A stretch of 64,000 nucleotides of DNA from Octopus sinensis (taxonomy: Eukaryota), in NCBI RefSeq assembly GCF_006345805.1, contig NC_043021.1, positions 26,722,001 through 26,786,000 of the forward strand, read 5' to 3'. Both the position numbers and the translations under genes were made by a program. The notes under the pieces are model-generated. The model searched no databases. It worked only from the letters and a program-made list of their open reading frames with translations, and was not told where the DNA came from. The first letter of the stretch is position 1; every line of letters starts with the position of its first letter. Below are positions 1-11,704 of the stretch, piece after piece.

Positions 1-166
1 TTGGACTTGATCCCACATCCCCTGCAGACATGACAGATGTTCCACCACTGGACCAAAGCATTCCTTCAAATGTCTCTTTCCAATTTGGAAACAACTTTAT
101 TCTTACCAGTGAGAGTCACATGTTAAGGACATCATAAGAATTCTATGACTTCAACAATGTGTGTGT

Positions 167-214
<48 letters not shown>

Positions 215-714
215 TTCTGCAGATAAGAACAAGTTTATATTTTAGCCCCAAAGTTTCTTCAAAAGTCTTCAGACATTTGCTCATGTCTCTGGCTCATCTC
301 ACCTGTTCACTATTCACCATTCTACCTTTTGTTGCTTATGACACATTTACAACCCAATCACATGTTTGCAAGGCTCACTCAGCTGGTGACGATGGTGGGG
401 GTCCCTTTTTTCATTCCATGCCTTGTTGATTGTTTGAACTGAAAAGCGGCCCTTCCCTCCCACCCTCAGCTATCCAATAAACGATGTATTAAAGGAAATG
501 AGAGTCGCCATCATTTTAATGTTTATTTTTCCGTGCTTGCATGGGTCGGACAAAATTTGTGAAGACGAATTTTCTGTTGCTGGATACCCTTCCTGTCACC
601 AACCCTCGTTTTCAAGCAAAGTAATTATTTCCCCTTGCCAGACATGTTTTTCATGGAAGAATGGGAAGAAAGGGCTTTGCTTGTCAGGACAAGGAGATGT
701 ACATGAGAGGCTTT

Positions 715-845
715 TTTTCGGTCTCTGCCAACCAAATTTACTCTCAAGGCTTTGGCCTGGGGTTACAGTAGAAGACACTTCTCCAAGTTGTTGCACAAAG
801 GGATTGAACCTGAAATCACATGGCTGGAAAGCAAACTTCTTAGCC
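715..845 (-). mobile_element. Degenerate 5' half of microsatellite-core tRNA-SINE (family SINE-A)
   Basis: Reverse complement AAGTTTGCTTTCCAGCCATGTGATTTCAGGTTCAATCCC...AAGTGTCTTCTACTG...CCAAAGCCTTGAGAG aligns by eye to the SINE-A head at 12006. Confidence 0.55.
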
Positions 846-1959
846 TTGAATAAAAGCTGTCTCCCAGCTGCAGCTTCTAGAAATTTAGTGTTAATAACAA
901 AGTGCAGAAAGCTGCCCAATGTGTGGCTGGTGGGATTGAGAGGGTATTGTACAGCTGTTCACATGTGAAGACTCTGCTACAGTTGTGTGTATCCTACCGT
1001 GGAAGTTCTCTGCGTTGCATGTCATAGCAACTCGTCTCTTATGATATAAAGCTGTTATCAGCAAGATCTTTTGGCAACAATCTTGAGGGCTTCTTTTCAA
1101 TTTATCTGAGTACATAAGGTACTCACATGCCATGCATGTGGGCGGACTTTGTGATGCTTCAAGGGTAGATAGGCACACTCTGTGACTGTACCTCCTTGTA
1201 GATGCTGCTTGTTTGAGATTTTTGCATATTGGTGCTTCAGTTTTCTGTGAAGCTCTTATTGAAGTCTGCCAAAAACTCAATTGTTTTAGTCAGAATAAAC
1301 TGTAAGAAATTCCCTTTTCAGCGTCTTGTTGAAACAGGTGTAGAGAATTTACAGCTCAGTCTATATTTTGAAGCAAAGCAATGCCTCTATCCTCTCGTTT
1401 ACTTTGCTGAACTGAAAAAAGATTAATTACTTTCCCAATTAGTTGGATGTGGAAGTTTGATTCAGACAGGTTCCCCATTCACCCATTTTTTTGCCAAATA
1501 TCAGCCTTTAAAGGTATTCAGAGTTTAGAAAACTGTCTTGTAATCCCTAAATTCCTTGCTGCGTAATTTATGAGTAAAATTAGATGGTGGTGGTGGTGGT
1601 GGTGGTGGTGGGGATGTTGGTGGTGGGGATGTTGGTGGCATTTGGCAGCGACTGAGGAGAACCTGATGTCTTGAAATATTTATGGGTCTCACCTTATAAA
1701 CTTGTTTCGTCGTCTTCCCCTCCCCTTATCTCCATCCCCACTCCATACCTGTCATTTTGTCAATGAATATTTTTGCATGTTAGAAATGTTAATGTGAACA
1801 CTGTTGAAGAAGACCACAAACAATCTTGTTATACATAGAAGGAGGGTTCTAACCCTATGCATGGCAATACTCTCCCTGAATTATAAGCAACGGGGTGGGG
1901 TGGTGGGAGAGGAAAGAATAAAAAAAACAAGAAGAGCGAAACGATTCTTCTGCTTTCAG

Positions 1960-3421
1960 CCCTTTATTAAAAGAAAAAAAAACGAACATTTAAGAAAAAA
2001 CAATTTTTTACTTATCTTTTTTTATGAGAATATGAAAAAAAAAAAAACCACTGCAAATTGTATTGATGGTTCTTGTAAATATTTTTTGTCTAATTCCAAG
2101 TACATTGTCATAATTCCCATTTCGAAATCTTCACAACAGACAGGTAGTATTACCCTTGTATAAATTATCTTTACTTCAATATTGCAGTGTTACAACACTA
2201 CCCCCACCCCCAACAACTTGCCAATATTTGAAGACATCATCTTCTCTTGTCTTGGTTGTTGCACAGTTCTTGTGAATAAAGATAGGACAAACAAAAAAGA
2301 AAAAAAACCTTTTGGCTTTCAATCTTTGATACCGACTGCTGTTTCCCCCACCCCTCTACTACTACTGCTACACATACACACATGCACACATACACACACA
2401 CACAACGTGCCAAAGTCTGGCATTCATCACCACAGTTCTTTGGTTGGGGTTATTTTTTTTATATATATATATTGAACCAACAACCTCTACAGCTGTTTCG
2501 CAGTGTACACTTTCTGATTTCATTCCATTTCTCATGTTTTCTCATTCTTAATATTTTACACTACCATAAATAATAAAATATATATATATATTCTCAACTT
2601 ACATTGTCCCTTTTTTATATTTTCCTTTTGTTCATTTATATATGTATGTGTGTGTGTGTGTGTGTGTGTACACGACCAACTGTAAAAGTAAAAACAGGTA
2701 CAACGCATTGCTAGAAACACCAGTGACCCATTTGTTGTGTTTTACCTACCAGAATTGAATGAACTGAAAAGTTGTGTGTGTGTGTGTACCTCACAAAATA
2801 TTTTCTATTAAAGGGTACACACGAACGTGACAAACGAAGCTTATTGTGTAAAATCAAAAACCTTATCGAGCAGCCAGCAGCTATGATGCACGTGTGCATA
2901 TGGTGTGTGTGCGCCCCTCGATGTATTTTGCATTGAAAGACACGAATCTGCTATAATAATACTCTTGTATATTTCTCCGTCACAACATATGAACGAGAAA
3001 GGAAGGGGTAATTGATGAATGAGGAAGGAAGGGGTGATGGCAAACTGGAAGTGGAATGGTGAACATTCAACGCTAAAAAGAAAAATCAAACAGCGTTTCA
3101 ACTCTGTGTGTGTATGTGTGTGCGTGTACAAGGGAAGTATGTGGATGTTTGTGATTATTATGTACCGTATTTTGTGCCTTATTTATATATAACCGTCATT
3201 TTTGTCTGCACGGGACCAGCTCGTGTAATAATATTTAACGTATACAATGAGAAGATCTTAGACCAACCAACAGCTATGGTGTATGTATATGTAGTGTGTA
3301 TGTGTATATAGTTTCTGAATGTATATATGTACGCATATATGTGTGTGTAGTTCTGTACGAAAATGTATGCGAGCGTCTTTATATGTATGTGTATATAAAT
3401 TGATTTTGTTTGTAAGTTAAT
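1960..3421 (-). other. Candidate terminal exon / 3'UTR of a minus-strand host gene
   Basis: Strong acceptor CCTGTCTTCTTCTTCGCGTCTGTTCACAG|ATTAA (AG at 3423-3422); TAA at 3419-3417 if entered in phase 1; TE-poor A/T-tract-rich sequence follows; AATAAA on minus strand at 1968-1963. Confidence 0.35.
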
Positions 3422-3660
3422 CTGTGAACAGACGCGAAGAAGAAGACAGGTCGGGGAGAACGAACCGGAGTGTTTGGTCATAAAATATATGGGGAGTCAC
3501 AGGCACGCGCATACATCAACACGAATATATATAGAGAGAGAAAGACACAACGTAGTTTGGTGGAGTTGTCGCCTGTAAAAGAAATAACATCAAATATTAA
3601 GTTGTGTGTGTGTATGTATGTATATGTGCATGTGTGTATATATGTATGTGTGTGTGTGGG

Positions 3661-3960
3661 TGGAGGCGCAGTGGCCCAGTGGTTAGGGCAGCGTACTCGC
3701 GGTTGTAGGATCGCGGTTTCGATTCCTAGACCGGGCGTTGTGAGTGTTTATTGAGTGAAAACACCTAAAACTCCACGAGACTTCGGCAGGGTGGGGGTCG
3801 GGGGCGATCCTTGCTGTACTCTTTCGCCACAACTTTCTCTCACTCTTTGGCCTGCTCGCTTCGCCAGTGGAGTGGCGTCATTTGAAGGTTAAATGCGAAG
3901 CGCATTGTGACCAGCGATGTGTAGCAACATCTGATAGCCTGGTCGGTCACGGTGACGGTA
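3661..3960 (+). mobile_element. tRNA-derived SINE (family SINE-B)
   Basis: A-box TGGCCCAGTGG, B-box GTTTCGATTCC; same head and body at 6081 and 22101. Confidence 0.85.
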
Positions 3961-3961
3961 A

Positions 3962-3992
<31 letters not shown>

Positions 3993-4367
3993 GTATGCAT
4001 GTATATATATGTGTATGTATGTGTGTATTATATATAATATGTGTGCCTATAAGTATGTATATATGTGTGTTTATATATATGTTTATGTATGTGTGTATAA
4101 AGTCAGGAGGTATGAGAAATGAACGTATATTCATTGAACCACGTGACATCCATAGGGTTACGGCTGTTTCGCAGCCTTCATCTAGTATTGATTTCAGTAT
4201 GGAAGAAATTATGCTCACAGGTTTGCTTTAATATGTGTGTTCAGCATTTTACAATACAAATTGTATATTCACAAATCGATGCAAATTAAGAAAGCCAGCT
4301 CATCAGATGACCGGAACATCGTGGTTACGCCGATTTTACTTCTTTGCAATTGGTCGCTATGTGTAGC

Positions 4368-4442
<75 letters not shown>

Positions 4443-4445
<3 letters not shown>

Positions 4446-4657
4446 GAGGGGCTGCTGAAAAGTTGCTGGCTTTAAGGGTATCGTGAAAGACTTGGTTGGA
4501 GACTCAACCTTCCGAGTTCTTTCTACAGGACTTAGAAAAAAAACTGAAGGACCCCTGCAATAAGTGTGTGAACCTGAGGGGGGAATATCTTGAATTAACT
4601 GACCCTCCTGTATTTTCTTTTACCCGAAGCCAGAAACTTTTCAACACTCCCCGTGTG
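4443..4657 (+). mobile_element. Internally deleted mariner (MITE-like)
   Basis: TA-CGAGGGGCTGCTGAAAAGTT left TIR, AACTTTTCAACACTCCCCGTG right TIR; interior EFFLQDLEKKLKDPCNKCVNLRGEYLE resembles the mariner C-terminus (..GIxKLxxRWxKCIxxxGxYxE). Confidence 0.75.
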
Positions 4658-4914
4658 TATATTTATGCGATATATACACGCACACATATTCACAAACACA
4701 CACTCATACAGCCGATATACGCAGCTGGCACATAGACCCACATATTCGAGCACACAAGTACTCACACATAGCTGATAGGTACCCACACTTGTAGATACAC
4801 ACACTCTAGCAAACGCACTCACGCACCAACGAATCAAGGGCTGCTCGTGGAAAGCCCTTAAAATCACGGAGACTCTGACCACTAGAGCAAGTGCCCTCTC
4901 CATATCGTCTCAGG

Positions 4915-5530
4915 CGCATTTTTAGAGTACTATTCTTGCCATACTCACCCACCTTTTAACAAAATTGCCGGGAGGCAGCACATCTCTCTCTCCCTTCACT
5001 TTTCTTTTCAAGTAAAACTTGAAAAAGTTGATGAGGGCTTGACCAAAGAAGAAAGTATCTGTCTTCAGCTCTTTCAATCTGGTTCACTGCACAACTTCTT
5101 TCGCTAAGGCCACCAGACTCAGAACACTGTCTGCCCTTCTCGGCCAAAGGAATGAGGTGGGATGACCTTCACAATGGACTCGACCGATAGCCGGATCCAC
5201 GTGACAGCAGGTGTTTGATATAAACCCACAAGTCAGCAATGCCCGGACACTGGACGAGAGCGTGCAGAACAGCTTCGTCACCCTTCGCGCATCCCGAGGG
5301 AGCCCGAGGGAGCCCGAGGGAGCCCGGCTGACAGCTCTTCCATTCTTGTAGAGATATTCTTGAACTGGCAATGTCCCCCAGTATCACTGCCAGGCCAAGG
5401 ATTGCTGGAAATTATTCATAGACCTCCAGAACTGACCAGCAAGTTGATTCTCGTCGATGTCCAGTTTCTCCCCAAATCTTATCGTTGCCTTTCTTGTATT
5501 TTTGGTCTTTGTCACAAACAATGGCCACTG
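4915..5530 (-). mobile_element. Tx1/L1-like LINE ORF2 C-terminal fragment (decayed)
   Basis: Frameshifted translation SLAWQ*YWGTLPVQEYLYKNGRAV..CAKGDEAVLHALVQCPGIADLWVYIKHLLSR..AKEVVQ*TRLKELKTDTFFFGQALINFFKFYLKRK (Tx1-type C-terminal zinc knuckle). Confidence 0.75.
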
Positions 5531-6080
5531 ACGAAACGAATCGAATCCTATTTTCAAAGGCCAAAAATGCAAAAACTTTTGAATGGATTTCTTTGAACAC
5601 CAACAGAAACAAGACAAACTTGCTACATTTTTTTTCTGGTAGAACTGAAGAATTTTCTCAGAGAAAAGAATGGAAAGCATTTCTCAGTGTGAAGAAGTGA
5701 TCATTTCTGAGTTAACATTATCAACGCAAAAAAATAAACAAAACCAAAAAACAGCAATTGTAGTTTGTACTTATTCTTCACAATCTTATTCAACCGGAAA
5801 AATCAAAGAAAAACATCAAGTGTTGGAATCAATGACTGGAACCCACGAGACAAAGTGGAAGCAAGGAAGACTGAAGAACATTCTGGAGAGAAACTGCTGC
5901 AAAAGAGAGGATGTGAATCACAGCCATCGACAGTATGAAGAGAGAGAGAGAGAGGGAGGAGAGGGGAGGAGGAAAGGGAACTGTGTGATGCTAGGAATGG
6001 TATCTTTGCTCCACTGGTTTGTCTGATCGGTAAAGACTGACCTCTAAACCTATACAACAACAACAACAGCAGCAACAACA

Positions 6081-6270
6081 GTGGAGGCGCAATGGCCCAG
6101 TGGTTAGGGCAGCGGACTCGCGGTTTTGATTCCCAGACCGGGCGTTGTGTGTGTTTATTGAGCGAAAACGCCTAAAGCTCCCCGAGGCTCCGGCAGGGGC
6201 TGGTGACGACCCCTGTTGTACTCTTTCGCTCCAACTTTCTCTCACTCTTTCTTCCTGTTTCTTGCCCCCG
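6081..6270 (+). mobile_element. tRNA-derived SINE-B, partial
   Basis: GTGGAGGCGCAATGGCCCAGTGGTTAGGGCAGCGGACTCGCGG head, matches 3661. Confidence 0.8.
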
Positions 6271-6679
6271 ACTTCCTACGCATTCATCCACCCGTCGATG
6301 CTCTCGGTGTCGAGGGTTGACCTGCTTTCTCTTCTGCGGGTCTTACGAATAGCAAAGGACCACGTTTCGGACTTCTCCCACCCTGGGACGAAGATCGCTT
6401 CGCTCAACAAACAAACAAGCAGCAACAACAGCAACACCTATGTTATACGTTCGGTTGTGATTCTATTGTACTTCCTGTTAATCTAGGGCAGCTGTAGTTA
6501 CATATTGACACGAACCATTCCAAATATGCCACTCTTACCGAAAAACCCGTTGCATTCCTTCGAAAGCAACGTTGGAATTCCCGTCAACTTGTCAGTCTTT
6601 TATGGAATTCTGCTCGGTTGGTTATTGTCTATTGATACATTTTCTTTTTACTAACTAAATCAGTTCGGCAATTACTTAC

Positions 6680-6704
6680 AGCAGTCGAGCGTGTTAACCT
6701 TTAA
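6680..6704 (-). CDS. Candidate 25-nt exon of host gene
   Basis: GACTAAC branch-like motif ..TTGTCTACAG|TTAAAGGTTAACACGCTCGACTGCT|GTAAGT; reads LKVNTLDC (phase 0) or IKG* (phase 1). Confidence 0.25.
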
Positions 6705-6811
6705 CTGTAGACAACCCAAAATGTTAGTCATTTTAATATATGTGTACGTACCTGCGTGTGTGCGTGCGTGCGTGTGTGTGTAAACATGTATATGTGTGAA
6801 TATATATATAT

Positions 6812-6849
<38 letters not shown>

Positions 6850-7208
6850 TATATATATGCATATACATATGCATATATGGGTACAGGACGTCATAAAACA
6901 TAAACAACATGAAATACGAAAATATGGAATACGAACTTTTTTTGCGAACAACGAGAGAAACAAATGGAAAACAAGACAAATAACATAAAGAACGACCCTT
7001 CATCAGTTGTCGGCTGTTTTATCTACTCCATATTTCGAGCAATTACGACAAGATGTGTCTTCAAGAAAACAGTTGCTCCCGCAAAGCAAATTAAAATTTT
7101 GGGATTTGCAGAGGGTCAAAGTTGATAACAAAAACAGGACAGTGAAAACAAACAGGGCTGCTAAGCGCATGAACTTCTTGGATGCACGGAACATTTGTAT
7201 GGACTTAC

Positions 7209-7245
7209 TGCGTTTAGAAAGTAGTCTTAGTCGTTCACTAGTGTC
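7209..7245 (-). CDS. Candidate 37-nt exon (DTSERLRLLSKR)
   Basis: TTTGACAG|GACACT...AAACGCA|GTAAGT; only phase 0 is open; acceptor is weak and abuts a repeat. Confidence 0.3.
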
Positions 7246-7249
7246 CTGT

Positions 7250-7445
7250 CAAACTGTTAATTCCATTTCTCTCTCTCCCCATTTCTCTTTCTCTCTTCAT
7301 TTTTTCCTCTCGTCCCTTTCTGCCGAAGGACGTACGCTCGAAACGTTAACGGCTTTTCCATTCTTCCCGCATGTTAAACTAATATACCTGCTTGTTGTTC
7401 CCCCACCACTCTTCGTCTTTTGTTTTCTGTAAATTTGAACTATAT
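7250..7445 (+). mobile_element. Non-autonomous Penelope-derived repeat (family PLE-N) with hammerhead-like motif at 7315-7352
   Basis: Shares ACGTTTCGAGCCTACGCTCTTCGACAG / GGTGTATTAGTTTGACGCTC blocks with copies at about 15205, 34925 and 48545; CCTTT-CTGCCGA-A..GCTC-GAAA-CGTT-AACGG. Confidence 0.55.
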
Positions 7446-7530
7446 ATACATACATAAGTGCGTGTGTGTGTGAACGTGCATGTATGTTTATAATAATAAT
7501 AATAATAATAACAATAATAATAATAATAAT

Positions 7531-7728
7531 AATAATGATATTTTATAGGCTTAAAGCTTATAAGCGATCATCGTGTAATGACTAAAGAAAATATAGTCTA
7601 ATATTGGGGCATATAAGCCCTCGACGAAAAAAAGTAGGGTTTTCGTACGCATGGGATTTTTAGACTATTTTCTCTAGTCATTACGCGGGGATCGCTTATA
7701 AGCTTAAAGCTTATAAAATATCATTATT
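7531..7728. mobile_element. MITE-like foldback with about 70-bp inverted arms
   Basis: AATAATGATATTTTATAGGCTTAAAGCTTATAAGCGATC...GACTAAAGAAAATATAGTCTAA is mirrored by TTAGACTATTTTCTCTAGTC...GATCGCTTATAAGCTTAAAGCTTATAAAATATCATTATT. Confidence 0.8.
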
Positions 7729-7806
7729 TACAGAATTCTAAAAATCGACACTGCTTACCAAAAATTCATAAGAAATAATAAAAACCGATGGTCGTGTATT
7801 TCAATA

Positions 7807-7848
7807 TTTCGGGATTTAGACCTCCTTTTCAGGAAATCCGAAGATTGT
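7807..7848 (-). ncRNA. Decayed minimal type I hammerhead-like motif
   Basis: ATTTC-CTGAAAA-GGAGGTCTAAATCCC-GAAA-TATT-GAAAT; stem I 5 bp, palindromic AATATT stem III, core lacks G8. Confidence 0.4.
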
Positions 7849-8558
7849 TTTAGCTTAGGGGAAAAAAGGCATTTATCTATATCAGACAATGTTTCGTGCA
7901 AACTATATTATTCTACCCCACCCCACGCAACCACCACTACGCATGCGGATGTAAAGAAGGCCTGTGTTCTTGAGTCAGCGAACACCAAAATGTAACAACG
8001 ATGACTGATGGATCGGAGAAATGGTTAAGGAACAATATTGATTTTGACGATGACCATTTATTCAATATGAATTATGATGTTAGTCGTTGCAATAAACGAC
8101 ATCGTCGCTTCGTTGTGTGTTCACATTGTTTGTAAAGGTAGCCAAATGTTGTCTGTGGATCCATGGTTCATCCTGTGAGAGAGCAGGTTTCATCTCTGTG
8201 CTACGAGAGAGAAAGAGAAAGACAGGCTAAACGTGGCAGAGACAGCTAGAGATAATGAAAGGAGCAAAAAATTTGCTCCTTGGCCAGCGGCCTTATTGAT
8301 CGATAGAAAGAGATAACTAAACTCCTTGTGTTTTTATATGTTTGCTAATTTAAAGTTGGTCAATTTAAAACAATAGAAGGTCTCCAGAATTATCTTTCGG
8401 ACTCTTCCATGACCAGAGAAAGATCAAAAGGTCAACCCTTTCTCATTAATCTCTAAGTGCTGAGAGGAGAAAACAAAAGACCGGAAATTTGTTTGAAAAT
8501 TAATAAAAATGTGAATTCGGTTCCGAATCCTTTTGGCCACACTGTAACTGGTCGCTAA

Positions 8559-8668
<110 letters not shown>

Positions 8669-9272
8669 TTCCCCCCTCTCTCCCTCCCTATATATATATA
8701 TAATTATTTGAGAGAATATTAATCCTAACTTACAGGGAAAAATCAAATTTCACACAATATAATACATATATATATAAAAATTAGAAAAAAACACCTTTTG
8801 TCAATTCAAAATTACACCATCTAGAAAATTACATATAATACATTACATACGTTTTGAATTGATAAAAGGTGTTTTTTTCTAATTTATATATATGTATATG
8901 TATAACGAGAGTGAGAAAGAGAGGGGGGAGAGAGAGAGAGAGAGAGAGAGAGATAGTATGATAACATTTATTTAACCATTGGAAATTCTTATATCACAAC
9001 ACTTGTTTTGCAACTTAAAACATGAATGGATGATTTATTTTATTACATTTTATGGTAAGTAAATCACTTCCATCTCTGCATTGATATAAACAATCTTTAA
9101 ATTGATGCAGATATTAAGCGAGCTGATCGGATTAGAAGAAAACTCTACGCACTCCTTACTTTGTATATTTTCTCTTGTATCGAACTATATAATCTATGTT
9201 TTGTAGAATGGTACGTTAAGAAGCTTTTTTCGATGAGTCCCACCACTGGATCAGTTGAATCCATATATTGTG

Positions 9273-9552
<280 letters not shown>

Positions 9553-9591
9553 TGAGACTTGTCCTCTTGCATAAAAATAAGTTGTATTCAC

Positions 9592-9638
9592 CTTAACCAA
9601 CTGTAAACTGTTCCAGTTCTTATAAAAGTCAGAATCTG
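9592..9638 (-). CDS. Candidate 47-nt (or 44-nt NAGNAG) exon ((A)DSDFYKNWNSLQLVK)
   Basis: CTTTCAG|CAG|ATTCTG...TTGGTTAAG|GTGAAT; phase 1 in and phase 0 out link 11352-11420 to 7209-7245 without a stop. Confidence 0.3.
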
Positions 9639-9665
9639 CTGAAAGCCCTGCTTCCAGATAAATAA

Positions 9666-10809
9666 ATGGCGTGGTTGTGTGGTAAGAAGCTTACTTACTT
9701 CCCAACCACATGGTTTCGAGTTCAGACCCACTGCGTGGCACCTTGGGCAAGTATCTTCTAGTATAGCCTCGGGCCGACCAAAGTCTCGTGAATGGATTTG
9801 GTAGATGGAAACTGGAAGAAGCCGGTCGTATATATATATATATATATGTAGTGGCTTCATGCAGGCATAACATGGATTCGATCCTCGAACGCCAAATTTC
9901 ACTTAAGAGTTCAACAACACTTTTCTCACGGTAAAACAATAGCTTTTCTGTGAGTGACAGAAGTTACATTTGCCAGATGCCTTTGCTAAGCAGAATAATG
10001 TCTTTGCCAGTTGACCCTTCTAACTTCTTCTAGGCCACCAAAAGCCAGAATAGAGATAACAGAACCCCAACGAAATCTATTGTTCTCAAAATAGCTTCTT
10101 GCTAGTTTTGGATAGTTATAAATACTAGAACTTGGTAAGGCAAAATCAGTTAGAGAGAGCAACATTTAGTGAACGGACAACTAGAGTCATGGCCACAAGC
10201 GGGCAGCCGCTAAAGACAAACGGCCAGCCGCTAAAGACAAACGGCCAGAGCGAGAAAGAAGGATAGAATCGCCAGAGCGAGAAAGAAGGATACAATCGCC
10301 AGAGCGAGGAAGAAGGATAGAATCGGCGACTCTGAGACACAACTTCACTCGACTCTCTCACTCTCAGTTTCTTTTCTCCTGAATCTTACTCCATCTCTGG
10401 CTGTAGGTGGCCACCACACAATGGCAAGAACACAAACACCAACTATACAGGAAGAAGTTAACTTCTTTTATCTCGCATGCCATTCCACTTATATCACACA
10501 CCTGCCCTTCGAGGTATGGCATTGTGTCAGGTAACGGTGAATAAATATTTGTTTACAACTTCGATCACTGTTCTTCTTTTATCTTGCACATCTGCAACAG
10601 CAACACCCGTTGCAACTGGCAACGGCCGGCACCAACATATATCATAATACCAACCGCTACTACTGGTGACCACTGACTACCACCTTAGCAAAACCGTTAC
10701 ACACACATACACATATACATACACACATACATACATACATATATACATACACACACACACACACAAACAAACACACACATACACACACACATACATACAC
10801 ACACATACA

Positions 10810-10843
<34 letters not shown>

Positions 10844-11150
10844 CATACATACATACATACATTCATACATATACACACACACATATATATATAGATAAAT
10901 AAATAGATAGATAGATACAGACATACATACATACCTGCGCGCGGGCTTGTATGTATGTGTCTCCCTCCCCTGCCTGACAACAAGCGTTGGTGTGTTTATG
11001 TCCCGTAACTTAGCGGTTCGGCAAAAGATATCGATAAAATAAGTATTAGGTTTAAAAAAAAAAGTACTGGGATCGATTTATTCGACCGAAAATTCTTCAA
11101 GGCGATGCCCCAGCATGGCCGCTGTCAAATGAAATAAACAAATAAATAAA
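9666..11150 (+). mobile_element. Full SINE-A split by an LTR-like insertion in its central microsatellite
   Basis: Head 9666-9836, TA tract, insert 9847-10701, CA/TA tract, 3' body 10950-11150 (GACAAC..TAACTTAGCGGTTCGGCAAAAG..CAGCATGGCCGC). Confidence 0.8.
9847..10701. mobile_element. Solo-LTR-like insertion (855 bp)
   Basis: Begins TGTAGTGG, ends CCGTTACA (TG..CA with imperfect terminal inverted repeat); AATAAA near 10540; internal 21-bp x2 and 27-bp x3 tandem repeats (10202-10325); no perfect TSD (TATA/CACA). Confidence 0.6.
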
Positions 11151-11351
11151 TAAAGGAATGAATGAATAGATAAAGGTTTGTATTTTGTGAGGATATCAAA
11201 GTCCGTTCGACCTACATTTTGTTTTAAAGAAATAATCGATGACAACCTGTTGAAAATTTAAAATTGATCCCCATAAAAAGAAAGCCGTCAGCTGCAGTGA
11301 ACAACCACCACGCCCTTCGCCTCCTCAAACCATTCATATCTATTACTTTAC

Positions 11352-11420
11352 CTAGAAATTGTTGGAATGTCATTCTTAAACGTTGGCCTTCCATACATTT
11401 CGTTGTATTGTGCAAAGTGT
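11352..11420 (-). CDS. Candidate 69-nt exon of host gene
   Basis: TTTTATATTTTATAG|ACACTT...TTTCTAG|GTAAAG; two open frames: xTLHNTTKCMEGQRLRMTFQQFL or HFAQYNEMYGRPTFKNDIPTIS; lies in non-repeat sequence. Confidence 0.4.
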
Positions 11421-11591
11421 CTATAAAATATAAAATTATAAAGATGACGAGTTTGCTCGCGACGGCATGCAGAGGGATTGAACTCCAAACCCTGTTGTTT
11501 GGAAGCAAACTTTTTATCACACAACCCTGCCTGTATGTGTGTGTGTGTGTATGTGTGTGTGTGTGTGTGTGTAGTGATAATAATCTTTTCT

Positions 11592-11704
11592 ATTATAGGC
11601 AAAAGGTCCGAAATTTGCGAGGAGGAGGGGGGTAAGTCGATTACACCGACCCCAGTGCGTAGCTGGTACTTATTTAATCGACCCCGAAAGAATGAAAAGC
11701 AAAG
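11592..11704 (-). mobile_element. tRNA-SINE family SINE-C fragment
   Basis: Reverse complement has GGGGTCGATTAAATAAGTACCAG..GCACTGGGGTCG..AATCGACTTACCCC, as in copies at 14460, 21207, 42095, 46255 and 56530. Confidence 0.7.

Noticed and set aside
498-1280. ORFs 498-968, 596-919 and 891-1280 as host genes
   Set aside because: Overlap a degenerate SINE; no recognisable domain; 950-1210 may be a very old RTE remnant but the similarity is too weak to call
3661-3740. tRNA genes at SINE heads (also 17557, 44680, 51975)
   Set aside because: A/B boxes are present but no full cloverleaf or acceptor stem; they continue into SINE bodies
7000-7060. Hammerhead from CTGATGA (7007-7001) and GAAA on the minus strand
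   Set aside because: The order and pairing give no stem I or stem II consistent with type I, II or III topology
10202-10325. CRISPR-like array
   Set aside because: 21- and 27-bp units are directly tandem with no unique spacers, inside a eukaryotic LTR-like insert
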